Shown here: one piece after another, positions 38,497 through 48,524 of the stretch
How positions within the stretch are numbered: the first letter of the stretch is position 1
Layout: each line of letters begins with the position of its first letter
DNA from: Dehalococcoidia bacterium
GTDB lineage: Bacteria > Chloroflexota > Dehalococcoidia > Plut-88900
Assembly: GCA_965197645.1 (NCBI GenBank)
Contig: OZ240219.1
Coordinates: 1,696,001 to 1,760,000, forward strand
Length of the DNA: 64,000 nt
Reading direction: 5' to 3'
Notes under the pieces: model-generated
Databases searched by the model: none
What the model was told of the DNA's origin: nothing
What the model saw: the letters and a program-made list of their open reading frames with translations, nothing else
Translations under genes and position numbers: made by a program

Positions 38497-39600
38497 ATGG
38501 ACCTGTCATTAACAGAGGACCAGGAGCAGATAAAGAGAGTCGCGCAGGAGTTCGTCCAGCGGGAGTATTCCAAGCAGGCCCTGGTGGAGATGGATGATAT
38601 GGATGCCGGCCTCACCCTCGATGGATGGGAAAAGGCCGCTGAGATGGGCTGGCCAGGGATGCTCGTTCCTCACGAGTACGGCGGATCGGGCAACTCGCTG
38701 ACAGAGGTGGGAGTAGTGTTCGAGGAGCTGGGCAAAGGCCCGGTGCCCGGCCCCTATTTCACCTCGGGCGTGCTGGCGGCCCTAACGTTCATAGAAGCCG
38801 GGACCCAGGATCAAAAACGGTCTATGCTGCCCGGTATCGCCAGCGGCCGTCGAATCTGCATCCTGGCCTTGACCGAGCCGGACTACGGGTGGGACCCGGA
38901 ATCGGTACGGATGAAACTGGAGCGCCGCAACGGCTCCTATTCAATCAATGGCACCAAGCTCTTCGTACAGGACGTCTTCGGCGCAACAGATCTCGTCTGC
39001 GCGGTGCGGGATGGGGAAGACGTGAGGTTCGTCATGGTCGATGCCCGCGGTCCGGGGGTGAGAGTGCGTCCGCTGGATGGCTTCATCGCCGGAACTGCCG
39101 AGGTAACCTTCGACTCGGTGGAGATCGAAGAATCGAATGTGCTGGCCGGCGGATGGTCCGCATTCCAGCAGGCCGTGCTGAAGGCCGTTCCCATCCTTTG
39201 TGCCTACCAGGTCGGTGGCTGTGAGGCAGTGTTCGATATGTCGGTGGAGTACAGCCGCACCAGGCAGCAGTTCGGCAGGCCCATCGGCCGGTTCCAGCGG
39301 GTGCAGGACCATATAATACGGTTGGCAAATCACCTGGATGCAGCCCGCTGGACCACCTACGAAGCACTGTGGAAGCTGGATAACGGGAAGGACGCCGAGA
39401 CCAGCGTGCACATGGCCAAAGCGGTGGCCAGCGAAGGCTACCTGAAGTCCTGCGACGCGGCCCACGAAGTACACGCGGGGATCGGGATCGACAGGGAGTA
39501 TGGATTGACCTTCCATACCCGGATGTCGCGGACCCTGTATAGCTTCCTGGGCGATCCCACCTACCATAGAAGGAAGCTGGGCGACACCCTAGGCCTGTAA
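38497..39600 (+). CDS. Acyl-CoA dehydrogenase partner subunit
   Basis: Abuts previous gene; RQQFGRPIGRFQ, HEVHAGIG; short type typical of alpha2beta2 ACADs. Confidence 0.88.
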   Translation: MDLSLTEDQEQIKRVAQEFVQREYSKQALVEMDDMDAGLTLDGWEKAAEMGWPGMLVPHEYGGSGNSLTEVGVVFEELGKGPVPGPYFTSGVLAALTFIEAGTQDQKRSMLPGIASGRRICILALTEPDYGWDPESVRMKLERRNGSYSINGTKLFVQDVFGATDLVCAVRDGEDVRFVMVDARGPGVRVRPLDGFIAGTAEVTFDSVEIEESNVLAGGWSAFQQAVLKAVPILCAYQVGGCEAVFDMSVEYSRTRQQFGRPIGRFQRVQDHIIRLANHLDAARWTTYEALWKLDNGKDAETSVHMAKAVASEGYLKSCDAAHEVHAGIGIDREYGLTFHTRMSRTLYSFLGDPTYHRRKLGDTLGL

Positions 39601-39610
39601 TGGCCTGGCT

Positions 39611-42094
39611 TTGCCCGTTCTCCGAGTCGATACAGCGCACGTGGACCCAGCCTCGAAACCCGTCGGCCTGTTAAGCCCTTACCGGGTGCTGGACCTGGCC
39701 GACGAGGGCGGGATCCTAGCCGGCAAGATGTTCGCCGACCTCGGAGCGGACGTGATCGCGGTTGAGCCCCCGGGCGGCAACCCGGTCCGGCACCAGAGGC
39801 CCTTCTACAAGAACGACCCCCATCCGGAGCGCAGCCTGGTCTGGTGGGCCTACTCGGCGGGCAAGCGCAGCGTGACCCTCGACCTGGAGTCCGATGATGG
39901 CCTAAGAGATTTTCGCCTCATGGCCTCCACCGCCGATTTCATTTTCGAGTCCTACGCGCCCGGATACCTGGAAGAGCTGGGCCTGGGGTATGAATCGCTG
40001 CGAAAGGTCAATCCCGCGCTGATAGTGGTGTCCATGACCCCCTTCGGTCAGGACGGGCCCTATTCCGGATATCTATCCTCGGACCTGGTGGGTCTAGCCC
40101 TGGGCGGCCTGGTGAATCTCACGGGCGACGCGGACCGTGCCCCGTTGCGGCCCACCGAGCCCCAGTTCGGCCGGCTCACGGGGGCCTCGGGGGCGGTGGG
40201 CGCTATGGCAGCCCATCACTATCGGACCCTCACCGGCGTGGGGCAGCACGTCGACGTTTCAGGACAACAGGCGGTGGCCCGGGTCCTATCGGAAGCGCCT
40301 GCCACGTGGAGCTTCAGTAAAGTCAACGTGATGCGGGATGGGATCTACCGGGGGATGGCGCGCGGGGTCACGGCTCGTACCACATGGGACTGCAAGGACG
40401 GGTACGTTACCTATTCTCTGACCGGCGGTGGGCTAGGAGGCGGCACCAACGCCCTGTTTCGATGGATGGAGCGGGAAGGGTTCTCCGACGGGGAGGGCGA
40501 GGCGATCGACTGGACCAAGCAGGAGACACGGACGATGTCCCAGGATGTCCTGGACAGGGCCAGCGCCGACGTGGAGGCCTTCTTCATGGCGCACACGAAG
40601 GACGAGCTTTACGCCGGCATGCTAGAGCGCCGGGTACTCTTCTTCCCGGTAAGCACTCCCAGCGATATTCTTGGGGATGCCCAGCTGCAGGCCAGGGACT
40701 ACTTCGTGGAGATCGAGCATCCGGAGGAGAAGGCCAAGTTCCTCTATCCGGGGAGCTTCGTCAAGTCCACGGCGGGACGGGTGGGGGCGCTGCGCAGGGC
40801 GCCGAGAGTGGGAGAGCATAACGAGGAAGTCCTGGCCGAGTCAACGTCCACTCGAAATCCGACTCCCACCGGGAAGAGCTCGGCAAGGGGTGCATTCGAG
40901 GGGCTGAAAGTGCTGGATTTCTGTTGGGTTGCCATCGGGCCCCTGGCGACCCGGTACCTCGCGGACCACGGAGCGACGGTTGTGCGGGTGGAGTCGGGAA
41001 AGAGGGTGGAAACGCTGCGCGGCGCGGAGCCCTATGCGGATGGTGAGCCGGGTATCAACCGGAGCGGCTACTACGCCAACTACAACTGCAACAAATACGG
41101 GATCACGGTGAACCTAGCACACCCCAAAGCCAAAGCCCTGATCGGGCGATTTGTGCAGTGGGCAGACCTGGTGACCGAGAACTTTACGCCGGGCACGATG
41201 GAGCGCCGGGGAATCGGATACGAGGACCTGAAACGGATAAAGCCGGACATCATCATGTTCAGCGCTTCCATGCTGGGTCGGGGTGGCCCCCGCGACCATC
41301 AGCCCGGCTACGGGGGCCTGTTGGGATCGCTGGCCGGGTTCGTGAACCTGTGCGGCTGGCCCGACCGGTCTCCAGTGCCTCCCTACGGGGCCTACACCGA
41401 CTTCTTCCTGGCCCGATTCGCCCTTACCTCCATCGCAGCGGCCATCGACTATCGGAGGCGCACGGGTAAGGGCCAGCACCTGGACCTATCCCAGCTGGAG
41501 GCGGCGCTGCATTTCATATCACCCGCCATCCTCGATTACACCGTGAACGGCCACGAGCAGACCCGGCAGGGAAACGAGGACCCCAACGCCGCGCCCCATG
41601 GCGTGTACCCGTGCAAAGGTGGCGACAGATGGTGTGCTATTGCGGTCCACACGGAACAGCAGTGGGCCGCCCTTCGCCGGGCGATGGGCAATCCGGACTG
41701 GTGCCTCGGAGAGCGATTTGCCGGCCTGGCCAAACGCAAAGAGCACGAAGAACAGCTGGACCGGCTCATCAACCGGTGGACGGTTGGGTACACGCCGGAG
41801 GAGCTGATGGGCCTCCTGCAATCGGTGGGCGTGCCCGCCGGTGCGGTCAACCGGTGCGAAGACCTGTTCAAGGACGTCCAGCTGGCGCATCGGAATCACT
41901 ATATCGAGATGGACCACCCGGAGATGGGCAAACATACATTCGATGGGACCGAGTTCATCCTGCCCGCCTCTCCGGCTCGGTACGAGCGCCCCACACCGCT
42001 GTTGGGCCAGCACAACGAGTACGTCCTGAGGGAGATCCTCGGTATGAGCGACGACGAGGTGGGTGACCTGGTGGCGGAGGGAGTGCTGGAGTAA
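39611..42094 (+). CDS. Tandem-domain CaiB/BaiF (family III) CoA-transferase
   Basis: Two repeats each with VLD..GADVI/GATVV..E, KRSVTLDL/KYGITVNL, GEHN/GQHN; start uncertain. Confidence 0.9.
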   Translation: MPVLRVDTAHVDPASKPVGLLSPYRVLDLADEGGILAGKMFADLGADVIAVEPPGGNPVRHQRPFYKNDPHPERSLVWWAYSAGKRSVTLDLESDDGLRDFRLMASTADFIFESYAPGYLEELGLGYESLRKVNPALIVVSMTPFGQDGPYSGYLSSDLVGLALGGLVNLTGDADRAPLRPTEPQFGRLTGASGAVGAMAAHHYRTLTGVGQHVDVSGQQAVARVLSEAPATWSFSKVNVMRDGIYRGMARGVTARTTWDCKDGYVTYSLTGGGLGGGTNALFRWMEREGFSDGEGEAIDWTKQETRTMSQDVLDRASADVEAFFMAHTKDELYAGMLERRVLFFPVSTPSDILGDAQLQARDYFVEIEHPEEKAKFLYPGSFVKSTAGRVGALRRAPRVGEHNEEVLAESTSTRNPTPTGKSSARGAFEGLKVLDFCWVAIGPLATRYLADHGATVVRVESGKRVETLRGAEPYADGEPGINRSGYYANYNCNKYGITVNLAHPKAKALIGRFVQWADLVTENFTPGTMERRGIGYEDLKRIKPDIIMFSASMLGRGGPRDHQPGYGGLLGSLAGFVNLCGWPDRSPVPPYGAYTDFFLARFALTSIAAAIDYRRRTGKGQHLDLSQLEAALHFISPAILDYTVNGHEQTRQGNEDPNAAPHGVYPCKGGDRWCAIAVHTEQQWAALRRAMGNPDWCLGERFAGLAKRKEHEEQLDRLINRWTVGYTPEELMGLLQSVGVPAGAVNRCEDLFKDVQLAHRNHYIEMDHPEMGKHTFDGTEFILPASPARYERPTPLLGQHNEYVLREILGMSDDEVGDLVAEGVLE

Positions 42095-42150
42095 CGGCAA
42101 GGCCGGAGTAAAACAATCCTCGAACCCGCAATCGGGAATCGACCTCAATC

Positions 42151-42801
42151 GTGATAAAATTGGTTGGTGAAGGCCAATCGGTACAGGAGACGTACTTGGG
42201 CGACAGGGTAGGCGAGGTAATCGAAAGCGGCTCCACCGGGTTCGTTGCTCAGGCCTATGAGCTTCACTCCCCTCCTTCCCTGGGCAGCCTCGTCAAGGTC
42301 AAAGGTGGCCAGGGCGAGATCCTGGCCGTGGTCAGCAGCGCCGAGACCTCTTCGATTCAGCCCGGCCGGACGCCAGTAGCCCGGGGGCAAGACGATGCAT
42401 CGGAGGAGGAACTTCACGCCAACAACCCTCAGTTGGAAAAGCTGCTGTCCACCACCTTCACCGGACTGATTCTCGGCCACGTGGTCCACGGCCCGGACGG
42501 TGCAAATGGCGTGCGGGTATACCACCGGCTGCCGCCGCACCCGCCCAAGATCCACGCCTTCGTACTATCGTGTGACACCGACGAGGTAGCCAGGTTTACG
42601 GTGCAGACGGACTATCTGCCCCTGCTAGTTAGCTCGGCCACCGACACCCGGGACGAGCTGATTACCGCCTGTATCAGGTCCCTGGGCCGGGCCCATGCGC
42701 AGCCGAGGGACTACCTCGTCAGGGTTGGCAAAGAGCTATCGCTGCTGCTGGCCGGGGAGCCTCAACGGTTGAGTGCCATACTGAAGGGAATACGTGCTTG
42801 A
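42151..42801 (+). CDS. HAS-barrel-like protein associated with HerA
   Basis: VGEVIES..FVAQ, PSLGSLV, LPPHPPKIH; overlaps herA start; start uncertain. Confidence 0.65.
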   Translation: MIKLVGEGQSVQETYLGDRVGEVIESGSTGFVAQAYELHSPPSLGSLVKVKGGQGEILAVVSSAETSSIQPGRTPVARGQDDASEEELHANNPQLEKLLSTTFTGLILGHVVHGPDGANGVRVYHRLPPHPPKIHAFVLSCDTDEVARFTVQTDYLPLLVSSATDTRDELITACIRSLGRAHAQPRDYLVRVGKELSLLLAGEPQRLSAILKGIRA

Positions 42802-44474
42802 ACGACGATCTGCTCGACCTCAAAACCGACGACACCGATTCATCGAAGCGGCTGGGACGGGTGGTGGGGGGTTCGCTGATGGAGGGGGTCAGGATCAAGC
42901 TGGACGGAGATGTATCGGTTGAGGATATGGCCGTCGGCCGGTACGTGGTCATCGAAGGCGGCCGGCAACGGTTCTTCGGAATGATAACCGACGTTACCCT
43001 CGACAGCATCGATCCGCGGCTAACCATCAACCCGCCCGACATCTCGGACCCCTTTATCGCTGAGGTGTTGTCGGGCACGGCGCTGTACGGGAACCTCAAG
43101 GTGACGCCCATGCTCACCATTGCCGCCGACGATTTCAGCACTATCGAAGGTCCTCAGCCGGTTCGTACGGTGCCTTCCCACTTTTCGGAGTCCAGAGAGG
43201 CCTCGGACCAGGATATGACATCGGTGTTCGGCGGTGAGGACGAGAGGCACTTCTTCATCGGCAATCCGCTGGACATGGAGACCAAGGTCTGCCTCAACCT
43301 GGAAGAGTACGTGAAGCGGAGCAACGCCGTCTTCGGGAAGAGCGGGACGGGCAAGACCTTCCTGACGCGGCTGCTTCTGATAGGGATTCTGCAGAAGGAC
43401 GTGGGGGTCAACCTGGTCTTCGATATGCACGGCGAGTATGGGTGGCAAGGCTCCAGCGAGGGAGGTACGAAGGTCAAGGGGCTCAAACAGCTGTTCCCCT
43501 CCAAGGTGGCGGTGTTCTCCCTGGACCCGCAAAGTGCCCGGCAGCGGGGCGTCAGCACCGACGTGAACGTCGAGATAGGGTACGACGAGATCGAGCCCGA
43601 AGACATTGCCATGTTGAGAGAGACCCTGAACATGAGCGAGGTGGCGTCCCAGGCTGCGTACAGCCTGGAGAGACGGTACGGCGCCAAGAAGTGGCTCTCT
43701 ACTTTCCTCAACCTGGAGGGAACGGACGCCATCTTTGAGCTGGCAAAGGAGATCAACGTGAACGGCGAGGCGCTATCGGCGTTGCACCGTCGGCTGCAGA
43801 CGTTGCGCCGATTGCCCTTTCTGGTAGACAAGCCCCAACAGGACTCGGTGAAGCGGTCCCTGGAGTACCTGGAACGAGGGATCACCGTCGTGCTGGAGTT
43901 CGGGCGGTACGGCGATAATCTGGCGGCGTACATACTGGTCGCCAATCTGCTGAGCCGTCGGATCCACGATCAGTACGTGCGAAGGTCGGAACGTGCCCTG
44001 TCGAGCAATGGCGTCAAGCCCAAACCCCTGGTGATCACCATCGAGGAGGCGCACAAGTTCCTGAACCCGGGGCTGGCCAACCAGACCATCTTCGGAAACA
44101 TCGCCCGGGAGATGCGGAAGTACAACGTCACGCTGCTGGTGATAGACCAGCGTCCCAGCGGCATCGATGACGAGGTGATGTCCCAGATAGGCACCAAGAT
44201 AGCCTGCCTGCTGGACAATGAACGGGACGTAGACAGCGTGCTGACAGGGGTTTCCGGCAGAAGCCGCCTGAAATCGGTGTTGGCGAGCCTGGACAGCAAA
44301 CAGCAGGCCCTTATCTTCGGACACGCACTGCCCATGCCTGTGGTGGTCAAGACCAGGGAGTACGGCTCGGCCGAGTCCTATCAGAGCTTGACCGCTCGCT
44401 TCACCGGAGATAAAGGGAAGGACATGGTAGCCGTCGAGTCCGACCTGGAGGACCTGTGGGGAGAAGGGGAGTAG
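42798..44474 (+). CDS. herA: HerA-family ATPase/DNA translocase
   Basis: N-terminal HAS barrel, GKSGTGKT, FDMHGEY, IEEAHKF, AREMRK, DQRPS. Confidence 0.85.
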   Translation: MNDDLLDLKTDDTDSSKRLGRVVGGSLMEGVRIKLDGDVSVEDMAVGRYVVIEGGRQRFFGMITDVTLDSIDPRLTINPPDISDPFIAEVLSGTALYGNLKVTPMLTIAADDFSTIEGPQPVRTVPSHFSESREASDQDMTSVFGGEDERHFFIGNPLDMETKVCLNLEEYVKRSNAVFGKSGTGKTFLTRLLLIGILQKDVGVNLVFDMHGEYGWQGSSEGGTKVKGLKQLFPSKVAVFSLDPQSARQRGVSTDVNVEIGYDEIEPEDIAMLRETLNMSEVASQAAYSLERRYGAKKWLSTFLNLEGTDAIFELAKEINVNGEALSALHRRLQTLRRLPFLVDKPQQDSVKRSLEYLERGITVVLEFGRYGDNLAAYILVANLLSRRIHDQYVRRSERALSSNGVKPKPLVITIEEAHKFLNPGLANQTIFGNIAREMRKYNVTLLVIDQRPSGIDDEVMSQIGTKIACLLDNERDVDSVLTGVSGRSRLKSVLASLDSKQQALIFGHALPMPVVVKTREYGSAESYQSLTARFTGDKGKDMVAVESDLEDLWGEGE

Positions 44475-44513
44475 GCGGGGTCCGACGTAATCTCGACCCT
44501 GGCCAGGGTCTGC

Positions 44514-46679
44514 TTAGGTGGAGAAGGAGGCTGAATCCATAAACCGGACCAGGACGTTACCGGTGATTCGGGAGACGTTGTTGTCGTAGGCGTTGTGGGA
44601 GAGGGAGGCGCACCAGGCCATCGAGCTGATGGAGAAAACGGCGCCACCAACGCCGGTCTCGAAGAATACCATCTCCGCGGTGTAGTCCTCTTTGATCAGG
44701 CCGTACTTGCCGGTGTGCTCGGTGTGGCCTTCCGAACGGGCCAGGACCAGCTCGTTGGAGGACAGATCGCGGCGAAAGCGGTCCGAGGTGTTGTCCCACT
44801 CCTGGCCGACGGCGCCCCCTCGCAAGCCGAAGTTGCCGATCAGCTCATCGTCTCCAATGCCCTCGAAGATGAACTTGGCCCGGCGGTCGAAGCTGTCGGG
44901 CTGCCGCCGGTAGTAGGTCGAGTGGTCGAAGCCCTGGGCGGAGGTGCTGACCCCGATCAGTTTGTCGGAAGAGCGGCCTGAAAGCCAGGTGTAACCGCCT
45001 CTTTCACCCGTGGTGGACATCTCGTTCTCGCCGGCCCGGTTGGCGTATCGACTTTTCCACAGCTCCGATTTTCTACACTCCATTATCCATGGTCGATCGG
45101 GGTGGTAGGCGACGAGGAAGGAGTAGATGTTGCCGCCCAGCATCATCAGCCGTCCGCCCCGGTGGGTGTAGTCGTGGAGGGCGTCCCACATTCGCGTCGA
45201 AATGTACTCCGGATGGGTCGAGCTAAGGACGACTTGATAAGGCTCCAGGCTAGGCAGTCCTTCGCGGTCCAGGTCCTCATCGGTGATCACGTCGTAGGCG
45301 ATGCCTTCGGCCTCCAGCCAATCGGTCAGGTAGAGGTCGCTGGGATAGCCCTCCCATCTGCGGTGTCCGGGCCGCATGAAGAGGTTGGGGCGTAGGCGGG
45401 AGACGTAGCAGACATCGGTCCCGTCCTTGTGCTGGTCATAGACTGAGGGCCCAAGCTCTGGATGCTCGATGAGATAACGGTCTTCGAGGCCGTACTCCAA
45501 GTACCGGTTGAGGAGCATTTCCTGGGTGGGCTGTTCCCACCAGAAGCGGGAGTTGCCGTAGGCCAGATAGGTACCGGTGGACGCCAGAAGGAGACATTTC
45601 GCCCTCGGCTTATCGGGTGAAGGCCTGACGAAAAAGGGTATGAAGTCCTCGTGGTCTCTCGACTGGACGTGGACGGCGTAGAAACCACTTTTCAGATCGG
45701 TCGGGACGGTCCACTCCACCGAGGGCTGCCATCTGCAGTCTTCTAGACCGTCCTCCAGGAAATGGATGGCTCCATACTCCTCGGGAGCCGCGGACAGCGT
45801 CGAATTGGACCAATTGGAGCCGCAAACACCGCGCATCGGCAGGTTGAGCAGTTGGCCCGATATTCTGTTGGCCGAGACGTCGGTGATAGTGTAGGTGTCG
45901 ATGCCGATGGAGAAGTCCCACGCAGCGACGGTATCATCGGGCAGGTGTCCGGTGGCCAGAGAGGCTATCTCGCTGGGCCTGAGAGCCCGGCTGGCAATGG
46001 CAGGCCTCTCTATCCGACCGTTGAAGTGCTTCTCCGTGACAATCCGCTCTCCACTTCGGCTCTTCGCCTGGGCCCCTACCAGGAAAGGTGTGTCCGGGTC
46101 GCCGATTTCGCCAGCAGGGGCATTGAATACCTCCGATGAAGGACCAGTATCGGCCCCCGCATCATTCAGAGGGTTGCAGTGGATGGATACCTCGCGGGTG
46201 TTGGACTGGTAGGTAGCAGCGATGGTGTACCATCTCCTCGCTTCCAACCGAGTGCCGAGGGCCAGGGACTCGTTGCCCAAGGCCAGCGCCGGCCGCCCCT
46301 CACTATCGATGAGGAGGGCAAACCCCCGCTGTGCATCTCCGGTGTAGCGGGATAGGACCACCTGGTCTCCATTACCGGGCAGGGTGGGGAAGACGTTTGC
46401 TTGAAGAGTGAAATCGGTCAGCCCTGAAAGCAGAGGATGATCATCGATTAGCGCGTAGGAGCCCGGGTGTACAGGCTGAAAGAGGCCCTCATGCTCGCCA
46501 AGAGATGACACCCGCTCGGACTTGATACCCGGCCCCAGCGGGTTGGGATCGTAAGAGACCATACGCACGATCTCAGCGTTGAAGGAGGAGACGTTGGCGT
46601 CGCAGCTAACGTAGCCACGAAGGGTTTCGGCGGGGGCTACGGAGAGGGTATCGGTGTATCCGATGATGCCTTTGGTCAT
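44514..46679 (-). CDS. N,N-dimethylformamidase large subunit-like protein
   Basis: LamG-like domain; YLAYGN, SVYDxHxDG, SRLRP, HPEY, LGGN, GAVFS..W, DNNVSRITxNV; ATG 46679 overlaps small subunit stop. Confidence 0.82.
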   Translation of the reverse strand: MTKGIIGYTDTLSVAPAETLRGYVSCDANVSSFNAEIVRMVSYDPNPLGPGIKSERVSSLGEHEGLFQPVHPGSYALIDDHPLLSGLTDFTLQANVFPTLPGNGDQVVLSRYTGDAQRGFALLIDSEGRPALALGNESLALGTRLEARRWYTIAATYQSNTREVSIHCNPLNDAGADTGPSSEVFNAPAGEIGDPDTPFLVGAQAKSRSGERIVTEKHFNGRIERPAIASRALRPSEIASLATGHLPDDTVAAWDFSIGIDTYTITDVSANRISGQLLNLPMRGVCGSNWSNSTLSAAPEEYGAIHFLEDGLEDCRWQPSVEWTVPTDLKSGFYAVHVQSRDHEDFIPFFVRPSPDKPRAKCLLLASTGTYLAYGNSRFWWEQPTQEMLLNRYLEYGLEDRYLIEHPELGPSVYDQHKDGTDVCYVSRLRPNLFMRPGHRRWEGYPSDLYLTDWLEAEGIAYDVITDEDLDREGLPSLEPYQVVLSSTHPEYISTRMWDALHDYTHRGGRLMMLGGNIYSFLVAYHPDRPWIMECRKSELWKSRYANRAGENEMSTTGERGGYTWLSGRSSDKLIGVSTSAQGFDHSTYYRRQPDSFDRRAKFIFEGIGDDELIGNFGLRGGAVGQEWDNTSDRFRRDLSSNELVLARSEGHTEHTGKYGLIKEDYTAEMVFFETGVGGAVFSISSMAWCASLSHNAYDNNVSRITGNVLVRFMDSASFST

Positions 46680-47044
46680 TCTATCGGCAGTTCCCGGCCG
46701 GTGTGCCGCTTCCACTGGAGCTTGAGCAGCGCCCACTCGGCGTCTTCGAAACGCGTAAAGGGAGATTCATCGAGCACTTCTACCGGGCCGGTGCGGCGGT
46801 CGACGTGTATCTCGGCAATGACCCACTCCTGGTGGGGCTTGCGGCAGAGGATGACGTACCTGCCGTCTCCATAAGGGTTCCCATTCACTGCCTGAAGCCG
46901 GACGATGTTCAACATCTCCTGCACCTCGGGGTCGTGCGGGGCGGCGGGGTTGTCGCGATACCGCTGGGCGAGGTCCGTCCGCGACGGATCGATCTTGCGG
47001 TCTATGAATTCCCGTTCCGGGCCTGTGGGTTCTGGAAAGAGCAT
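46676..47044 (-). CDS. N,N-dimethylformamidase small subunit-like protein
   Basis: Translationally coupled to large subunit; PHQEWVIA, FEDAEWALLKLQW motifs. Confidence 0.7.
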   Translation of the reverse strand: MLFPEPTGPEREFIDRKIDPSRTDLAQRYRDNPAAPHDPEVQEMLNIVRLQAVNGNPYGDGRYVILCRKPHQEWVIAEIHVDRRTGPVEVLDESPFTRFEDAEWALLKLQWKRHTGRELPIE

Positions 47045-47146
47045 GGAAAGCGATTATTGGTCCGGCCTTACCGGTCGATCAGGCACATCTGAGGTGGAGA
47101 ACCATCCCGCCCAGCCGCCGGGACAGGTGGGATGGAACGGGTCTAC

Positions 47147-48094
47147 CTACTTGATTCTAGTGATGATAGAGTCGGCCTGGGATATGGTAGCCTTCATCAG
47201 GTCCTCGGTGCTCAGCACCTCGGTTATGAGGCCTGCGCCTGCACCGCACAGGGCGAGGCCCTCCTCAAGTCTGCCATCCAGCAGGGCGGCGCGCTCCAGG
47301 TCGTCGACCAGGTAGAGGCTCAGCTCTCGTTTCGACCCGTTGCCCCCCTGGAAGATGCTGGAGGCGGCGTTCTTCAGGACCCGCCGTTGCTGGGAGTCGA
47401 CGTTGATGATGGTGGTGCTGGAATCGATGGCGTTGATTATGGCCTCTTTGATGTTGTGGTGGGCGATGCACTCGTGGGTGGCGATGAAGCGTGTCCCCAT
47501 CTGGGCCGCCGTTGCGCCCAGCGAAAGGGCGGCGGCGAGGCCGCGGCCATCGACGATGCCGCCGGCCGCCACCACCGGGATCTCCACTGCGTCAACCACT
47601 TGGGGGACCAGGGCGAAGGTGGGCAGCTCGTTGCGTCCGACCTGGTTGCCGGCCTCGTGGCCCTGGGCCACTATCACGTCGGCGCCCCGTGCTTCTGCCG
47701 CCCGAGCCTCGCTGACCGAGGAGGCCACGTGGAACACGGTGATCCCCGCGTCTTTTATCAGGCCGGTATGGACGTCCGGGCTGCCCAGGGCGGTGAAGAC
47801 CACAGGCACAGACTGTTCAATGGTGATGTTGACGAGGGTGTCCAGCTGGAGGTGTCCCAGGTTCAGGGATACGCCGTAAGGCTTGGTGGTCAAGGCCCGC
47901 AGCTTGCGAAGCTGGGCGTGGTAGTTCTCGGCGATATCTCCATTGGCCGGCAGACCGGCATTGGGCACTATCACACCCAGCCCTCCGGCGTTGGAGACGG
48001 CAGCCGCCAACTCGGCATTGGAGACCCAGCTCATTCCGGCCTGGATGATCGCGTGCTGAATTCCCAGCGACTTGGATAGCTTTGTGGTCTTCAT
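47147..48094 (-). CDS. Nitronate monooxygenase / FabK-like FMN enzyme
   Basis: IIQAGM, VSNAGGLG, GHEAG, AAGGIVDGRG, QMGTRF. Confidence 0.87.
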   Translation of the reverse strand: MKTTKLSKSLGIQHAIIQAGMSWVSNAELAAAVSNAGGLGVIVPNAGLPANGDIAENYHAQLRKLRALTTKPYGVSLNLGHLQLDTLVNITIEQSVPVVFTALGSPDVHTGLIKDAGITVFHVASSVSEARAAEARGADVIVAQGHEAGNQVGRNELPTFALVPQVVDAVEIPVVAAGGIVDGRGLAAALSLGATAAQMGTRFIATHECIAHHNIKEAIINAIDSSTTIINVDSQQRRVLKNAASSIFQGGNGSKRELSLYLVDDLERAALLDGRLEEGLALCGAGAGLITEVLSTEDLMKATISQADSIITRIK

Positions 48095-48228
48095 TGGACG
48101 GCCCCTTTCGGAGCGCGGTACGGAATCCGGCGCTGCACCGGCATAGAAGCAGACCGTTGTAGAGTCGAAACCGTTACTGCTTTAATGTGCGGTGGCTTAT
48201 GGTTCATGGGATGGTGGTTGGATTTGGC

Positions 48229-48257
48229 ATTCTAGTTTTAACGGTGTAGAGTGTCAA
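48229..48257 (-). promoter_or_regulatory. Near-consensus sigma70 promoter
   Basis: TTGACA (48257-48252)-17 nt-TAGAAT (48234-48229). Confidence 0.7.
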
Positions 48258-48327
48258 GTAGTTTGAGGGGGTCGTGATATACTATTGCGATTCTATACCT
48301 AGTACCATTGATTGCAAAGTAGAGCTG

Positions 48328-48510
48328 ATGAAAAAAGACCTGATGGAGATACTCGCCTGTCCTACCTGCAAAGGGAGCCTGGAGCTTTCTGTGGAGGAGG
48401 AGAAGGACGAGGAGATAATTGTCGGTTCCCTATCCTGCGCCAAGTGCTCGGAAAGCTACCCGATAGACGATTCAATCCCCAGTTTTCTGCCCGCTGAACT
48501 GCGCCAGTAA
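48328..48510 (+). CDS. Trm112-like protein
   Basis: LMEILACPTCKGSL..LSCAKC..YPIDDSIP. Confidence 0.85.
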   Translation: MKKDLMEILACPTCKGSLELSVEEEKDEEIIVGSLSCAKCSESYPIDDSIPSFLPAELRQ

Positions 48511-48524
48511 CCCGCTCCACTCCC

